From: an uncultured Bacilli bacterium
GTDB lineage: Bacteria > Bacillota_I > Bacilli_A > RF39 > UBA660
Reading direction: 5' to 3'
Assembly: GCA_934098345.1 (NCBI GenBank)
Contig: CAKONX010000002.1
Coordinates: 1-39,706 of the forward strand
DNA length: 39,706 nucleotides
Both the position numbers and the translations under genes were made by a program. Each line of letters starts with the position of its first letter. Within the stretch, counting starts at the first letter, position 1. Below the pieces are notes generated by a model that saw only the letters and a program-made list of their open reading frames with translations, ran no database searches and had not been told where the DNA came from. Below, one piece after another: positions 8,941 to 16,972 of the stretch.

Positions 8941-9756
8941 ATGAATAAATTTGATACATTTATGGATTTTATTTTAAGTCCAAAATGCTATGTTCCGATA
9001 GTAGTTTTTTTAATAGATTTTATTATTATAAAAATATTATCTAAAGCAATTAAGAAAATATTAATTAATGACCCAAATAAACTTGAGGAAAAGAAAAGAA
9101 ATACTATAGTTGTACTTGTAAGTAATATATTAAGATATGTATTAATATTAGTTGGTATATGCGTTGTACTTGCAACTTATGGTGTTAATGTAAGAGGTAT
9201 TCTGGCTGGATTAGGAATTGCTGGAGCTATCGCTGGTCTTGCTTTTCAGGATTTACTTAAAGATATTATAAGTGGATGCAATATTATAATGGATAATTAT
9301 TTCATTATAGGTGATTTAGTTAAGATAAATGATTTTACTGGCTATGTAATTGAATTTGGTTTAAAAAACACTAAAGTTAAAGATTTTGATGGTAATGTTT
9401 TAGTTATATCTAATAGGGAAATATCACACATTATAAACATGAGTCAAAAACATGCGAGTGTACCAATAATGGTTGGTGTTTCTTATGATGCAAGTGAAGA
9501 TGAGGTTAAAAAATCTTTAGGCAAAGCCATTAATGAGATAAATAAATTAGATCGTGTTATAAAAAAATGTGAATATTTAGGTATAGATGAACTAGGAGAT
9601 TCAGCTGTAACTTATGTTATAAGGGTTCATACTAAGCCTGATTATAAATATGAAGTAAAAAGGGCAAGTCTTGCTATTATAAAAAATCAATTTGATAAGG
9701 ATGGAATAAAAATACCTTATCCTCAAGTGGAGGTTCATAATGGAAAAAGAGTTTAA
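8941..9756 (+). CDS. Small-conductance mechanosensitive channel (MscS family)
   Basis: TM helices are followed by GLGIAGAIAGLAFQDLLKDIISG and the beta-domain GDLVKINDFTGYVIEFGLKNTKVKDFDGNVLVISN. ATG 8941 has a ggtga RBS; the alternative start is 8929. Confidence 0.85.
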   Translation: MNKFDTFMDFILSPKCYVPIVVFLIDFIIIKILSKAIKKILINDPNKLEEKKRNTIVVLVSNILRYVLILVGICVVLATYGVNVRGILAGLGIAGAIAGLAFQDLLKDIISGCNIIMDNYFIIGDLVKINDFTGYVIEFGLKNTKVKDFDGNVLVISNREISHIINMSQKHASVPIMVGVSYDASEDEVKKSLGKAINEINKLDRVIKKCEYLGIDELGDSAVTYVIRVHTKPDYKYEVKRASLAIIKNQFDKDGIKIPYPQVEVHNGKRV

Positions 9757-9931
9757 TATTGGAAGTGTAGTAATAATGAAAAAAAATCACGCTTGTGGAG
9801 AAAATAAATGGGTTATTACTCGTAATGGTGTTGATATAAAAATTAAATGCTTAGGTTGTGGACATGAAGTTATGATGGATAGAATTGAATTTAAAAGAAA
9901 GTTGAAAGGTGTTATCGATGAAAAAGATTAG
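9740..9931 (+). CDS. DUF951 family small protein (YyzM-like)
   Basis: 63 aa with a CxxC...CxxC arrangement (HACGENKW, CLGCGHEV). This family typically lies near parB in Bacillota. Confidence 0.7.
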   Translation: MEKEFNIGSVVIMKKNHACGENKWVITRNGVDIKIKCLGCGHEVMMDRIEFKRKLKGVIDEKD

Positions 9932-11459
9932 AAAATTTCAAGAAAAAGTATTATTACACCCAATAATGGCATTCTTGTTAATGAGTGGTGTAGTAGTTTT
10001 ATTAAGTGGTATTTTAGATTTATTTGATGCATCTATAACATATAATAAAATAAATGTTAAAACTGGTAATTATGAATCAACGCTTGTAACAGTAGAGTCA
10101 CTTTTAAATTTAAGTGGAATTAAGTATATATTTTCAAATACGGTTTCATCATTTGTATCTTTTACTCCATTATCAATGTTATTAATTGTTTTAATTGGTA
10201 TTGGAATAATGGATAAAAGTGGATTTTTAGATACATTATTCTTTGTATTAACTAAAAATGTTTCTAAAACAACAGTTACTTTTGTACTTATGCTTATATG
10301 TGTACTTGCATCTTTAACTGGAGATTTGTGTTTTGTTGTAATAATTCCTTTAGCAGCTTTACTATTTAAATATGGTAAACGTAATCCAACAGTTGGAATT
10401 ATAAGTTCATTCGCAGCTTTATCTTTAGGTTATGGAATGAACTTTATGTTAAGTAGTGTTGGTTCGTCACTTGCAAGTTATACAGAGATGTCTGCTAATA
10501 CTATTTCATCTGGATATGTTATTTTTTCATTTTCATTCTTTATAATAATGATAGCAGCTATATTTATTGGAACAAGTTTACTTACATATGTTACTGAAAG
10601 AATAATAGCTCCTAAAATGGGTAAATATGAAGTTGAAGAAGAGATAGTTGATCCAAAAGAGAAACTAACTAAACGTGAAAAACGCGGATTATTTCTTGCT
10701 ATATTAGGTGGCGCGATATATTTAATAATATTTATTTATAATATTATTCCTTATGCTCCTTTAGGTGGAAACTTCTTGGATTATTCACAAGCTAGATATA
10801 TTGATAAATTATTTGGATATGATTCATTTTTCAACAGTGGTTTTGTATTTGTTGTTACTATTTTATTTTTCTTACTTGGTCTTTTATACGGACTTGGAAC
10901 AAAGAATATAAATAATCATCGTGATATATGTGACTTTTTATCACATTCACTTGATGGAATTGGAAAGATAATAGTTTTAATATTTTGTGCAAGCATGTTT
11001 ATTAGTTTACTTAAATATACAAATATAGGTGCTTTAGTAACAGCTGGACTTGCTAAGATTTTAAGTAATACAAATTTTGGTGGAGTACCTTTAATATTAC
11101 TTGTGTTCTTTATAAGTATGATTTCAGTTATATTACTACCATCATTTGTTAATAGATGGGCAATACTTTCTGGTACAGTTGTGCCAATGATGATGACTGC
11201 TGGATTTACACCAGAGTTTGCTCAATTAATATTTACAAGTGCTTCTAGTATAATGTATCCGTTAACGCCTGCAATGGCATATTTTGTAATCTATGTATCA
11301 TTCATGGAGAAATATGAAAAAGACGGAACTGGACTTGTAAAATCAACTAAGTATTTACTTCCTTATTCATTTGCAATTTTAGCTATGTGGATAGTATTAA
11401 TACTAATTTGGTATTTTGTTGGTATTCCTTTAGGAATAAATTCAAAAGTAATTTTATAA
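9918..11459 (+). CDS. AbgT-family transporter (p-aminobenzoyl-glutamate/antimetabolite exporter type)
   Basis: About 510-aa polytopic membrane protein. The N-terminal segment LLHPIMAFLL and the overall size and topology fit AbgT. ATG 9918 follows gaaaggtg; the track start is GTG 9909. Confidence 0.6.
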   Translation: MKKIRKFQEKVLLHPIMAFLLMSGVVVLLSGILDLFDASITYNKINVKTGNYESTLVTVESLLNLSGIKYIFSNTVSSFVSFTPLSMLLIVLIGIGIMDKSGFLDTLFFVLTKNVSKTTVTFVLMLICVLASLTGDLCFVVIIPLAALLFKYGKRNPTVGIISSFAALSLGYGMNFMLSSVGSSLASYTEMSANTISSGYVIFSFSFFIIMIAAIFIGTSLLTYVTERIIAPKMGKYEVEEEIVDPKEKLTKREKRGLFLAILGGAIYLIIFIYNIIPYAPLGGNFLDYSQARYIDKLFGYDSFFNSGFVFVVTILFFLLGLLYGLGTKNINNHRDICDFLSHSLDGIGKIIVLIFCASMFISLLKYTNIGALVTAGLAKILSNTNFGGVPLILLVFFISMISVILLPSFVNRWAILSGTVVPMMMTAGFTPEFAQLIFTSASSIMYPLTPAMAYFVIYVSFMEKYEKDGTGLVKSTKYLLPYSFAILAMWIVLILIWYFVGIPLGINSKVIL

Positions 11460-11524
11460 TAAATTAAAAAAAATAGTACAATTTATTTATATTATGATAT
11501 AATTTTATTTAGGAGGATATGGTA

Positions 11525-12190
11525 ATGAAAAAGTTTTTTAAAATTTTGATGGTTATGGTTTTGGTTGTATTTCCTGTTTTGACAGTTAATGCAAAGACTA
11601 CTAAGAAAGCAAGCAAAGACCCAATTAATTTTTATATATTTTATGGATCAACTTGTGGATATTGTCAAAAACTACATAATTATACTGCTGAATTAGAGAA
11701 AGATAAAACAATGAATTCTAAATTCCGTATAGTTGATTATGAAGTATGGGGAAACCAAGATAATAATAATTTAATGACTAAAGTTGGTACATACTTTAAT
11801 TTTGATGTTGATGGTGTTCCATTCTATGTAATTGGAGATCAATATTTTACAGGATTCTCAAGTGAAACTAGTCCTGAACAAATTGTTAAAGCTATCAATG
11901 AAGAATATGAAGACAAAGACTATGTTGATGTTGTAGCTGGTATTCAAAATGGAACTATTGAAGTTAAAGACAAAACTAGTAAAGATAATGGAACAACTAA
12001 GAAAAGTGATGTAGTTAGTTATATTGTTTTAGGTGTAACTGCTGCTATCGTTGTTGCTATTCTATTTGGAAGAAGATCAACAGGTGCTTATACTGAAGCA
12101 GAAAGTGAATCTGAAGAAGTAAAAGAAAAAACTTCAGAAAAAGAGAAAAAAACAGAAGCAAAAAAAGCGACAAAAAAGAGTAAAAAATAG
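11525..12190 (+). CDS. Secreted or membrane-anchored thioredoxin-fold protein (CGYC active site)
   Basis: Signal peptide, FYGSTCGYCQKLH CxxC motif, C-terminal TM helix and a K/E-rich tail. aggagga lies 7 nt upstream of ATG 11525. Confidence 0.65.
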   Translation: MKKFFKILMVMVLVVFPVLTVNAKTTKKASKDPINFYIFYGSTCGYCQKLHNYTAELEKDKTMNSKFRIVDYEVWGNQDNNNLMTKVGTYFNFDVDGVPFYVIGDQYFTGFSSETSPEQIVKAINEEYEDKDYVDVVAGIQNGTIEVKDKTSKDNGTTKKSDVVSYIVLGVTAAIVVAILFGRRSTGAYTEAESESEEVKEKTSEKEKKTEAKKATKKSKK

Positions 12191-12219
12191 ATTTAGAAAT
12201 TTCTAAATCTGTTTTTTTT
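12189..12219 (+). terminator. Intrinsic terminator
   Basis: agatttagaa pairs with ttctaaatct, followed by gtttttttt. Confidence 0.75.
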
Positions 12220-12298
12220 ATAATTCAAATGATATAATTAATATACAATGTGGAGATGATTTTGCTGGATGGCGACTGAGTAGTTTTAAAATTATATT

Positions 12299-12327
12299 GA
12301 TTTAGCAGTAGCTAAATCTTTTTTTTT
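12299..12327 (+). terminator. Terminator-like hairpin inside the mgtE leader region
   Basis: gatttagc (12299-12306), loop agta, gctaaatc (12311-12318), then nine T. It sits about 105 nt upstream of the mgtE start. Confidence 0.6.
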
Positions 12328-12374
12328 GAATAAATATATATTATAATTAGTTTATGACTTTTGGAGGTGATATT

Positions 12375-12434
12375 ATGGATTCGGATCCGAGTAGTAATAG
12401 GTTAAAAAATAATATCATTTTTTGGAGGTTATAA
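12375..12434 (+). CDS. Candidate 19-codon leader ORF (MDSDPSSNRLKNNIIFWRL) overlapping the mgtE start
   Basis: A strong SD (ggaggtga) lies 6-7 nt upstream of ATG 12375. The ORF reads through the mgtE SD, and its TAA (12432-12434) overlaps the mgtE ATG (12434-12436). There is no homology evidence. Confidence 0.25.
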   Translation: MDSDPSSNRLKNNIIFWRL

Positions 12435-13768
12435 TGTTAGAAAGAGTAAAAAAATTAATTGATTCTAAAAATGTTTTAGAATTAAAAAAAATTATTGACG
12501 AATTAAATGAAAATGATTTAGCTGAGTTATTGAGTGATTTATCATATGATGATTTAGCTAAAGTATTTAGAATAATTCCTAAGGATAAGGCTGTTGCTGT
12601 TTTTGCTGAATTTGACGTAGTTGTAGCTACTAATTTGTTAAGACAATTAAGTGAAAGTGAAACAGTTAATTTAATAGATGAAATGTATGCTGATGATGCT
12701 ACAGATATCTTGGAAGAAATGCCAGCAAATATTGTTGATAAGATTCTTAAAAACTGTAGTGATGAAACTAGAAAAGATATAAATAAATTACTAAAATACG
12801 AAGAAGATACAGCTGGTTCTATAATGACAGTTGAATATGTTGAATTTAAAGGACAAACAACTGTTAAAGAAGCTGTTTCTCAACTTGAAAATGAAATAAC
12901 TTACTTTGAAACTATCAATACTTGTTATGTAGTTGATCATAAAAGAAAATTATATGGTAGTATTGAAGCAACTGATTTACTTTTTGCAGATGAAAACGAC
13001 ACGATTAAAAATGTATGTAAAACTAATATAATTTATGTAAGTACATATACGGATCAGGAAGAAGTTGCTAATATGTTCCATAAATACAATTTGACTGTTA
13101 TGCCAGTTGTTGATTCTGAAGAAAGACTAGTTGGTATAATTACTATTGATGATGTTTTGGATGTTCTTGAAAGTGAAGCAACTGAAGATATTAAGAAAAT
13201 GGCGGCTATAATTCCAGTTGATAAACCTTATGATAAAACTGGAGTCTTTGAAACTTTTTTAGCAAGAATTCCATGGTTACTACTTCTTATGATTTCAGCT
13301 ACTTTTACTGGTAAAATAATTGAAAGCTTTGAATCTGCTTTATCAAAAATGACTATTTTAACAGCATTTATTCCAATGCTTATGGATACAGGTGGTAATG
13401 CTGGTGGCCAATCAAGTGTAAGTGTTATTCGTGCTTTATCTTTAAATGATATAAAATTTAAAGATATTTTTAAAGTTATGTTTAAAGAATTTAGAGTTTC
13501 TATTCTTTGTGCTGTTACTTTAGCAATATGCAATTATTTTAAATTATTAATTGTTGATCGTGTTAGTACAAGTGTTGCATTATGTGTATGTTTAACTTTA
13601 ATTGTAACAGTTATATTGGCTAAACTAATTGGATGTACATTACCTATGATTGCTAAAAAATTAGGATTTGATCCAGCTGTTATGGCAAGTCCATTTATCA
13701 CTACTATTGTTGATGCTTGTAGTCTAATTATTTATTTTAACTTTGCAACATTTATTTTAGGTTTATAA
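12434..13768 (+). CDS. mgtE: Magnesium transporter MgtE
   Basis: MgtE N domain, tandem CBS domains and a TM domain with PMLMDTGGNAGGQSS. ATG 12434 is preceded by ggagg; the track start TTG 12422 is unlikely. Confidence 0.95.
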   Translation: MLERVKKLIDSKNVLELKKIIDELNENDLAELLSDLSYDDLAKVFRIIPKDKAVAVFAEFDVVVATNLLRQLSESETVNLIDEMYADDATDILEEMPANIVDKILKNCSDETRKDINKLLKYEEDTAGSIMTVEYVEFKGQTTVKEAVSQLENEITYFETINTCYVVDHKRKLYGSIEATDLLFADENDTIKNVCKTNIIYVSTYTDQEEVANMFHKYNLTVMPVVDSEERLVGIITIDDVLDVLESEATEDIKKMAAIIPVDKPYDKTGVFETFLARIPWLLLLMISATFTGKIIESFESALSKMTILTAFIPMLMDTGGNAGGQSSVSVIRALSLNDIKFKDIFKVMFKEFRVSILCAVTLAICNYFKLLIVDRVSTSVALCVCLTLIVTVILAKLIGCTLPMIAKKLGFDPAVMASPFITTIVDACSLIIYFNFATFILGL

Positions 13769-13824
13769 TGTTTTTATTGATAAAAATTAGAAACTTATAT
13801 ATAATCAAAGTGTGAGGTAATTAT

Positions 13825-14952
13825 ATGAAAAAGGTGTCGTTGATTGTATCTATTGTAATATTTGCTTTTTCTTGTTTTCATGGATACAATTTGGTATTTG
13901 AGCATAAAGAAAATATAAGTGTTCCTGTATTTAATGAAGTAAAAGACAGTGTTACTAATATAAAATTTAATGTTGATACTTATTATTTAGCAGTTGGTGA
14001 AAAAGCTAAGCTTAATTATACAGTTGAAAGTAAAGATGATAATTACAAACTTACTTTAGAAAGTGAAAATAATGATGTTGTTTCTATAAATGAAGGATAT
14101 ATTGAAGGTGTTTCTTTAGGTACTTCAAAAGTTACTTTAAAAAGTGAGTCAGGTAAAAAAAGCGAAGTATTAGTTACTGTTACTGATTTAATTAGAAAAC
14201 CAGAACTTGATGATAAAAAGAGTTTTTTACCATGTCATGCTTATACTGATAAAGATGCTCATATTATTGATGAGGCATTAAGAACTAGAGTTTTAAATAA
14301 AGGTGAAGGAACACGTGCTGCTTTAATAGAAACAATTAGATTTATGACTTTATCATTTAAATATAAAGTATCTTATTTTTATGAAAATGGAAGAATGCAT
14401 GAATCTGGATTAAGAAAAGCAGATGGAGAAGGAAGATATTATCATAAAGGATTATATTTAAGTGAAGATAAATTTAAAGATATACAAGTTTCATATAAGG
14501 GACCAGCTATCTGGGGTTGTCCTTTAACAAACTTACAAGATCACAACAGATATAAACCTGGAGCTAAAATGCCAAATGGATTGGATTGTTCGGGATTTGT
14601 TACTTGGTCTTTATATAACTCCGGTTTAGATGTTGGTGATATTGGGGCAGGAATAAATGATAAATATAAAGATATGAGTGATGTTGGTGAAATGCATTCT
14701 CTTACTTATGAATATGCTAATTCTAATGATTATAAAGTGGGAGATATCATAGCTCGTTGGGGACATACAGCTCTTATTGCTGGAAAAGATTCTGAATATT
14801 TATATATTGCTGAATCACTTTTAAAAGGTGTTAGAATTGAAAAGATAAGTTATAAGAAATCAAACAGCGGTTTATATAAATATTATGCATATATAAATAA
14901 AATGGACAATGAATATAGTAAGAATGATGATTACACAGATATGTGGGAATAA
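13825..14952 (+). CDS. NlpC/P60-family peptidoglycan endopeptidase with an N-terminal anchor and a Big_2 Ig-like domain
   Basis: Big_2-like segment (YYLAVGEKAKLNYTV...GTSKVTLKS). Catalytic Cys context GLDCSGFVTWSLYNSG and His context GHTALIAG. Confidence 0.85.
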   Translation: MKKVSLIVSIVIFAFSCFHGYNLVFEHKENISVPVFNEVKDSVTNIKFNVDTYYLAVGEKAKLNYTVESKDDNYKLTLESENNDVVSINEGYIEGVSLGTSKVTLKSESGKKSEVLVTVTDLIRKPELDDKKSFLPCHAYTDKDAHIIDEALRTRVLNKGEGTRAALIETIRFMTLSFKYKVSYFYENGRMHESGLRKADGEGRYYHKGLYLSEDKFKDIQVSYKGPAIWGCPLTNLQDHNRYKPGAKMPNGLDCSGFVTWSLYNSGLDVGDIGAGINDKYKDMSDVGEMHSLTYEYANSNDYKVGDIIARWGHTALIAGKDSEYLYIAESLLKGVRIEKISYKKSNSGLYKYYAYINKMDNEYSKNDDYTDMWE

Positions 14953-15174
14953 GATCTTAGTTCTTATTTTTTTATATTTTCTATTAGCATAAGTAGGTAC
15001 ATATCTTGTTACTGAATTATTTATTCCTGTTTTATAATAATTTCTTTTTAATTCTCTAGAGATTGTAGAGACATTTCTATTTAAATGTTTAGCCATTTCT
15101 CTTAAACTCATGTTCATTTCTTTAAATTTACTTATACAAGCTCGTTCTTCTATGGTAAGATGTATATAGTTCAT
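14953..15174 (-). pseudogene. IS30-family transposase, N-terminal HTH fragment only (truncated remnant)
   Basis: LTIEERACISKF..MSLREMAKHLNRNVSTISRELKRN is the signature IS30 HTH start. Homology lasts about 70 aa and there is no DDE domain. The rest of the track ORF (14872-14952) is read-through antisense to the NlpC/P60 gene. Confidence 0.75.
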
Positions 15175-15347
15175 ATTTATTACTCCTTAATGTTTGATTA
15201 GACACCAACATTATATCATGAGTAATAATATGAACTTTTTTATTGAGTTAATTATATGTTGCACTTGTTATTATAAATTATCTTGCAAAAAAAGTATTTT
15301 TAATAACATTTTTTTTCTATATTCATAAACTAATATAGGTGATTATA

Positions 15348-15632
15348 ATGAGCAAGAAAATAGTCATAGATCCTGGCCATGGTGGAACTGATAGTGGTGC
15401 TAGTGGAAATGATATAATTGAAAAAAATATGACTTTAGCTATTAGTAGAATAATGTATGATGAATTAAAAAGACTTGGTATTCCTGTATATATTACGAGG
15501 GAAACGGATGAAACTTTGAGTCCAACTCAAAGAATCAATAGAATTAAAAATGCATTTGGAAGTGATGATAATGTTATTGTTATATCTAATCACATAAATG
15601 CAGGAGGTCGAGCAGTTACATTGTTAATCTAA
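15348..15632 (+). pseudogene. N-acetylmuramoyl-L-alanine amidase (Amidase_3), 5' fragment of a gene split by an insertion
   Basis: IVIDPGHGGTDSGA...ISNHINAGG is the N-terminal half of the Amidase_3 fold. Homology stops at 15608 (..AGG), followed by 7 unrelated codons and a stop. The matching continuation AEGAEVIY lies at 24704. Confidence 0.85.
15604..15608. repeat. Left copy of the 5-bp direct repeat gaggt at the element junction (candidate attL core)
   Basis: gcaggaGGTcgag (left) versus actgaGGTgctg (right). gaggt is present at both breakpoints of the amidase reading frame. Confidence 0.5.
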
Positions 15633-15712
15633 ATAAGTTAAAAAGTTAATATTTAATATAAATTGTACAAATTTAAAAAGTGTATCTAATATCTATTAAA
15701 AAAAGGCAAGTC

Positions 15713-15722
15713 ATGATATAAT
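15713..15722 (+). promoter_or_regulatory. Candidate extended -10 promoter (TGaTATAAT) for the defence operon
   Basis: tgatataat lies at 15713-15722, about 33 nt upstream of the dcm ATG. No good -35 was found. Confidence 0.35.
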
Positions 15723-15754
15723 TATCATAGTAAAATGTCTTAAAGGTGATTATT

Positions 15755-16972
15755 ATGAAGTATATAGATTTATTTTGTGGAATTGGAGGTTTTCATCAAG
15801 GAATAGAAAGAATTTTCCCTGATTCTAAATGCATTTTTGCGTCTGATTTTGATTTTCCAGTGTCTGAGGTTTATAAAAATACTTATGGTATTGATTGTTA
15901 CAATAACATCAAATTGGAAGAAACACATAGAAAGTTAGAGCAAAAAGTTGTTGAAAACGGGGGTGGTTTTGATGTACTTTTTGCAGGTTTTCCTTGTCAA
16001 TCTTTTTCTAAGGCTGGAAATCAACTAGGATTCAAAGACACTAATAAGGGAATACTTTTTTTTCAAGTGGCAGATATATTAGAAAAATATCATCCAAAAT
16101 TTGCAATTTTAGAAAATGTTAGAAATCTTGTTTCACATGATAAAGGTAAAACTTGGTTGAGAATAAAGGCGGAATTAGAACGTATAGGTTATGTTGTTGA
16201 TAAACATATGATTAGTCCACATTATTTAGGTATTCCACAATTAAGGGAAAGGATTTTTATTGTTTGTATATATGATCCAAATCACAAAATTGATAAAATT
16301 AATATTAAATGGCCTGAGAAAAAAAATTTAAATACATACAATTTTGAAGGAAAAAGCATAAATGAATACTTGGACAAAAACGTTGATGCTAAATATTATA
16401 TAGATAATGAAAAGATAAAAATAATTAATATATGGGAAGAATTACGTGTTTCAATAAAGTGTAATGGCGGCAATTTTATTTCTCCAATTTGGTTATATTA
16501 TTTAAATGATAAACCAATTCCTAAAAGTTATCCTGAGTGGAAGAAAAAACTTATTAAAAAAAATAAAAACTTTTATTTTGAAAATAGAGAAATAATTGAT
16601 GCTTGGAAGGAAAAATATGATTCATTAAAATTTACTGCTAGGTCTAATAGAAAATTTGAATGGAATGCTAATACTTCTATTGACAGTGTATGGGATGGGA
16701 TTATTCAATTTAGACCTTCTGGTATACGAGTAAAAAATAATAAATGTTTCCCAACATTTGTTGCTATTAATCAGACACCTATTATAGGTAAATATAAAAG
16801 ATATATTACACCTTTGGAAATTTCAAGACTATATGGATTTAATAATTTGATTTTGAATAAAAATGATGATCAACAGTCATATAAACAATTAGGCAATACA
16901 GTTTGCGTTGATATTGTTGCTTATGTGATAAATGAATTTATAAATAATTATAATGATGGGGGAGAAGTATGA
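15755..16972 (+). CDS. dcm: DNA (cytosine-5)-methyltransferase
   Basis: Motif I DLFCGIGGF, motif IV GFPCQSFSKAG, motif VI ILENVRNL, motif X YKQLGNTVCV. ATG 15755 follows aaaggtga. Confidence 0.95.
   Translation: MKYIDLFCGIGGFHQGIERIFPDSKCIFASDFDFPVSEVYKNTYGIDCYNNIKLEETHRKLEQKVVENGGGFDVLFAGFPCQSFSKAGNQLGFKDTNKGILFFQVADILEKYHPKFAILENVRNLVSHDKGKTWLRIKAELERIGYVVDKHMISPHYLGIPQLRERIFIVCIYDPNHKIDKINIKWPEKKNLNTYNFEGKSINEYLDKNVDAKYYIDNEKIKIINIWEELRVSIKCNGGNFISPIWLYYLNDKPIPKSYPEWKKKLIKKNKNFYFENREIIDAWKEKYDSLKFTARSNRKFEWNANTSIDSVWDGIIQFRPSGIRVKNNKCFPTFVAINQTPIIGKYKRYITPLEISRLYGFNNLILNKNDDQQSYKQLGNTVCVDIVAYVINEFINNYNDGGEV

Noticed and set aside
12220-12433. An M-box (ykoK) Mg2+ riboswitch, expected upstream of mgtE.
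   Set aside because: I could not find the conserved M-box core sequences (for example GTTAGGTGAGGC-type and downstream conserved blocks). The leader is also too short and AT-rich for the ~170-nt three-helix element. It is reported instead as an atypical leader.
14872-14952. The C-terminal 27 codons of the track ORF 14872-15174(-), considered as part of a real 100-aa HTH protein.
   Set aside because: This tail (..FPHICVIIILTIFIVHFIYICIIFI) is antisense read-through of the NlpC/P60 coding sequence. IS30 homology ends before it.
15609-15640. Terminal inverted repeats of the 9.1 kb element (left-end gagcagttacatt versus the reverse complement of right-end aattcagttgcta).
   Set aside because: Only about 8 of 13 positions match, and the two segments sit at different distances from the gaggt core. 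This is not convincing, and serine-recombinase att sites need only weak dyad symmetry anyway.
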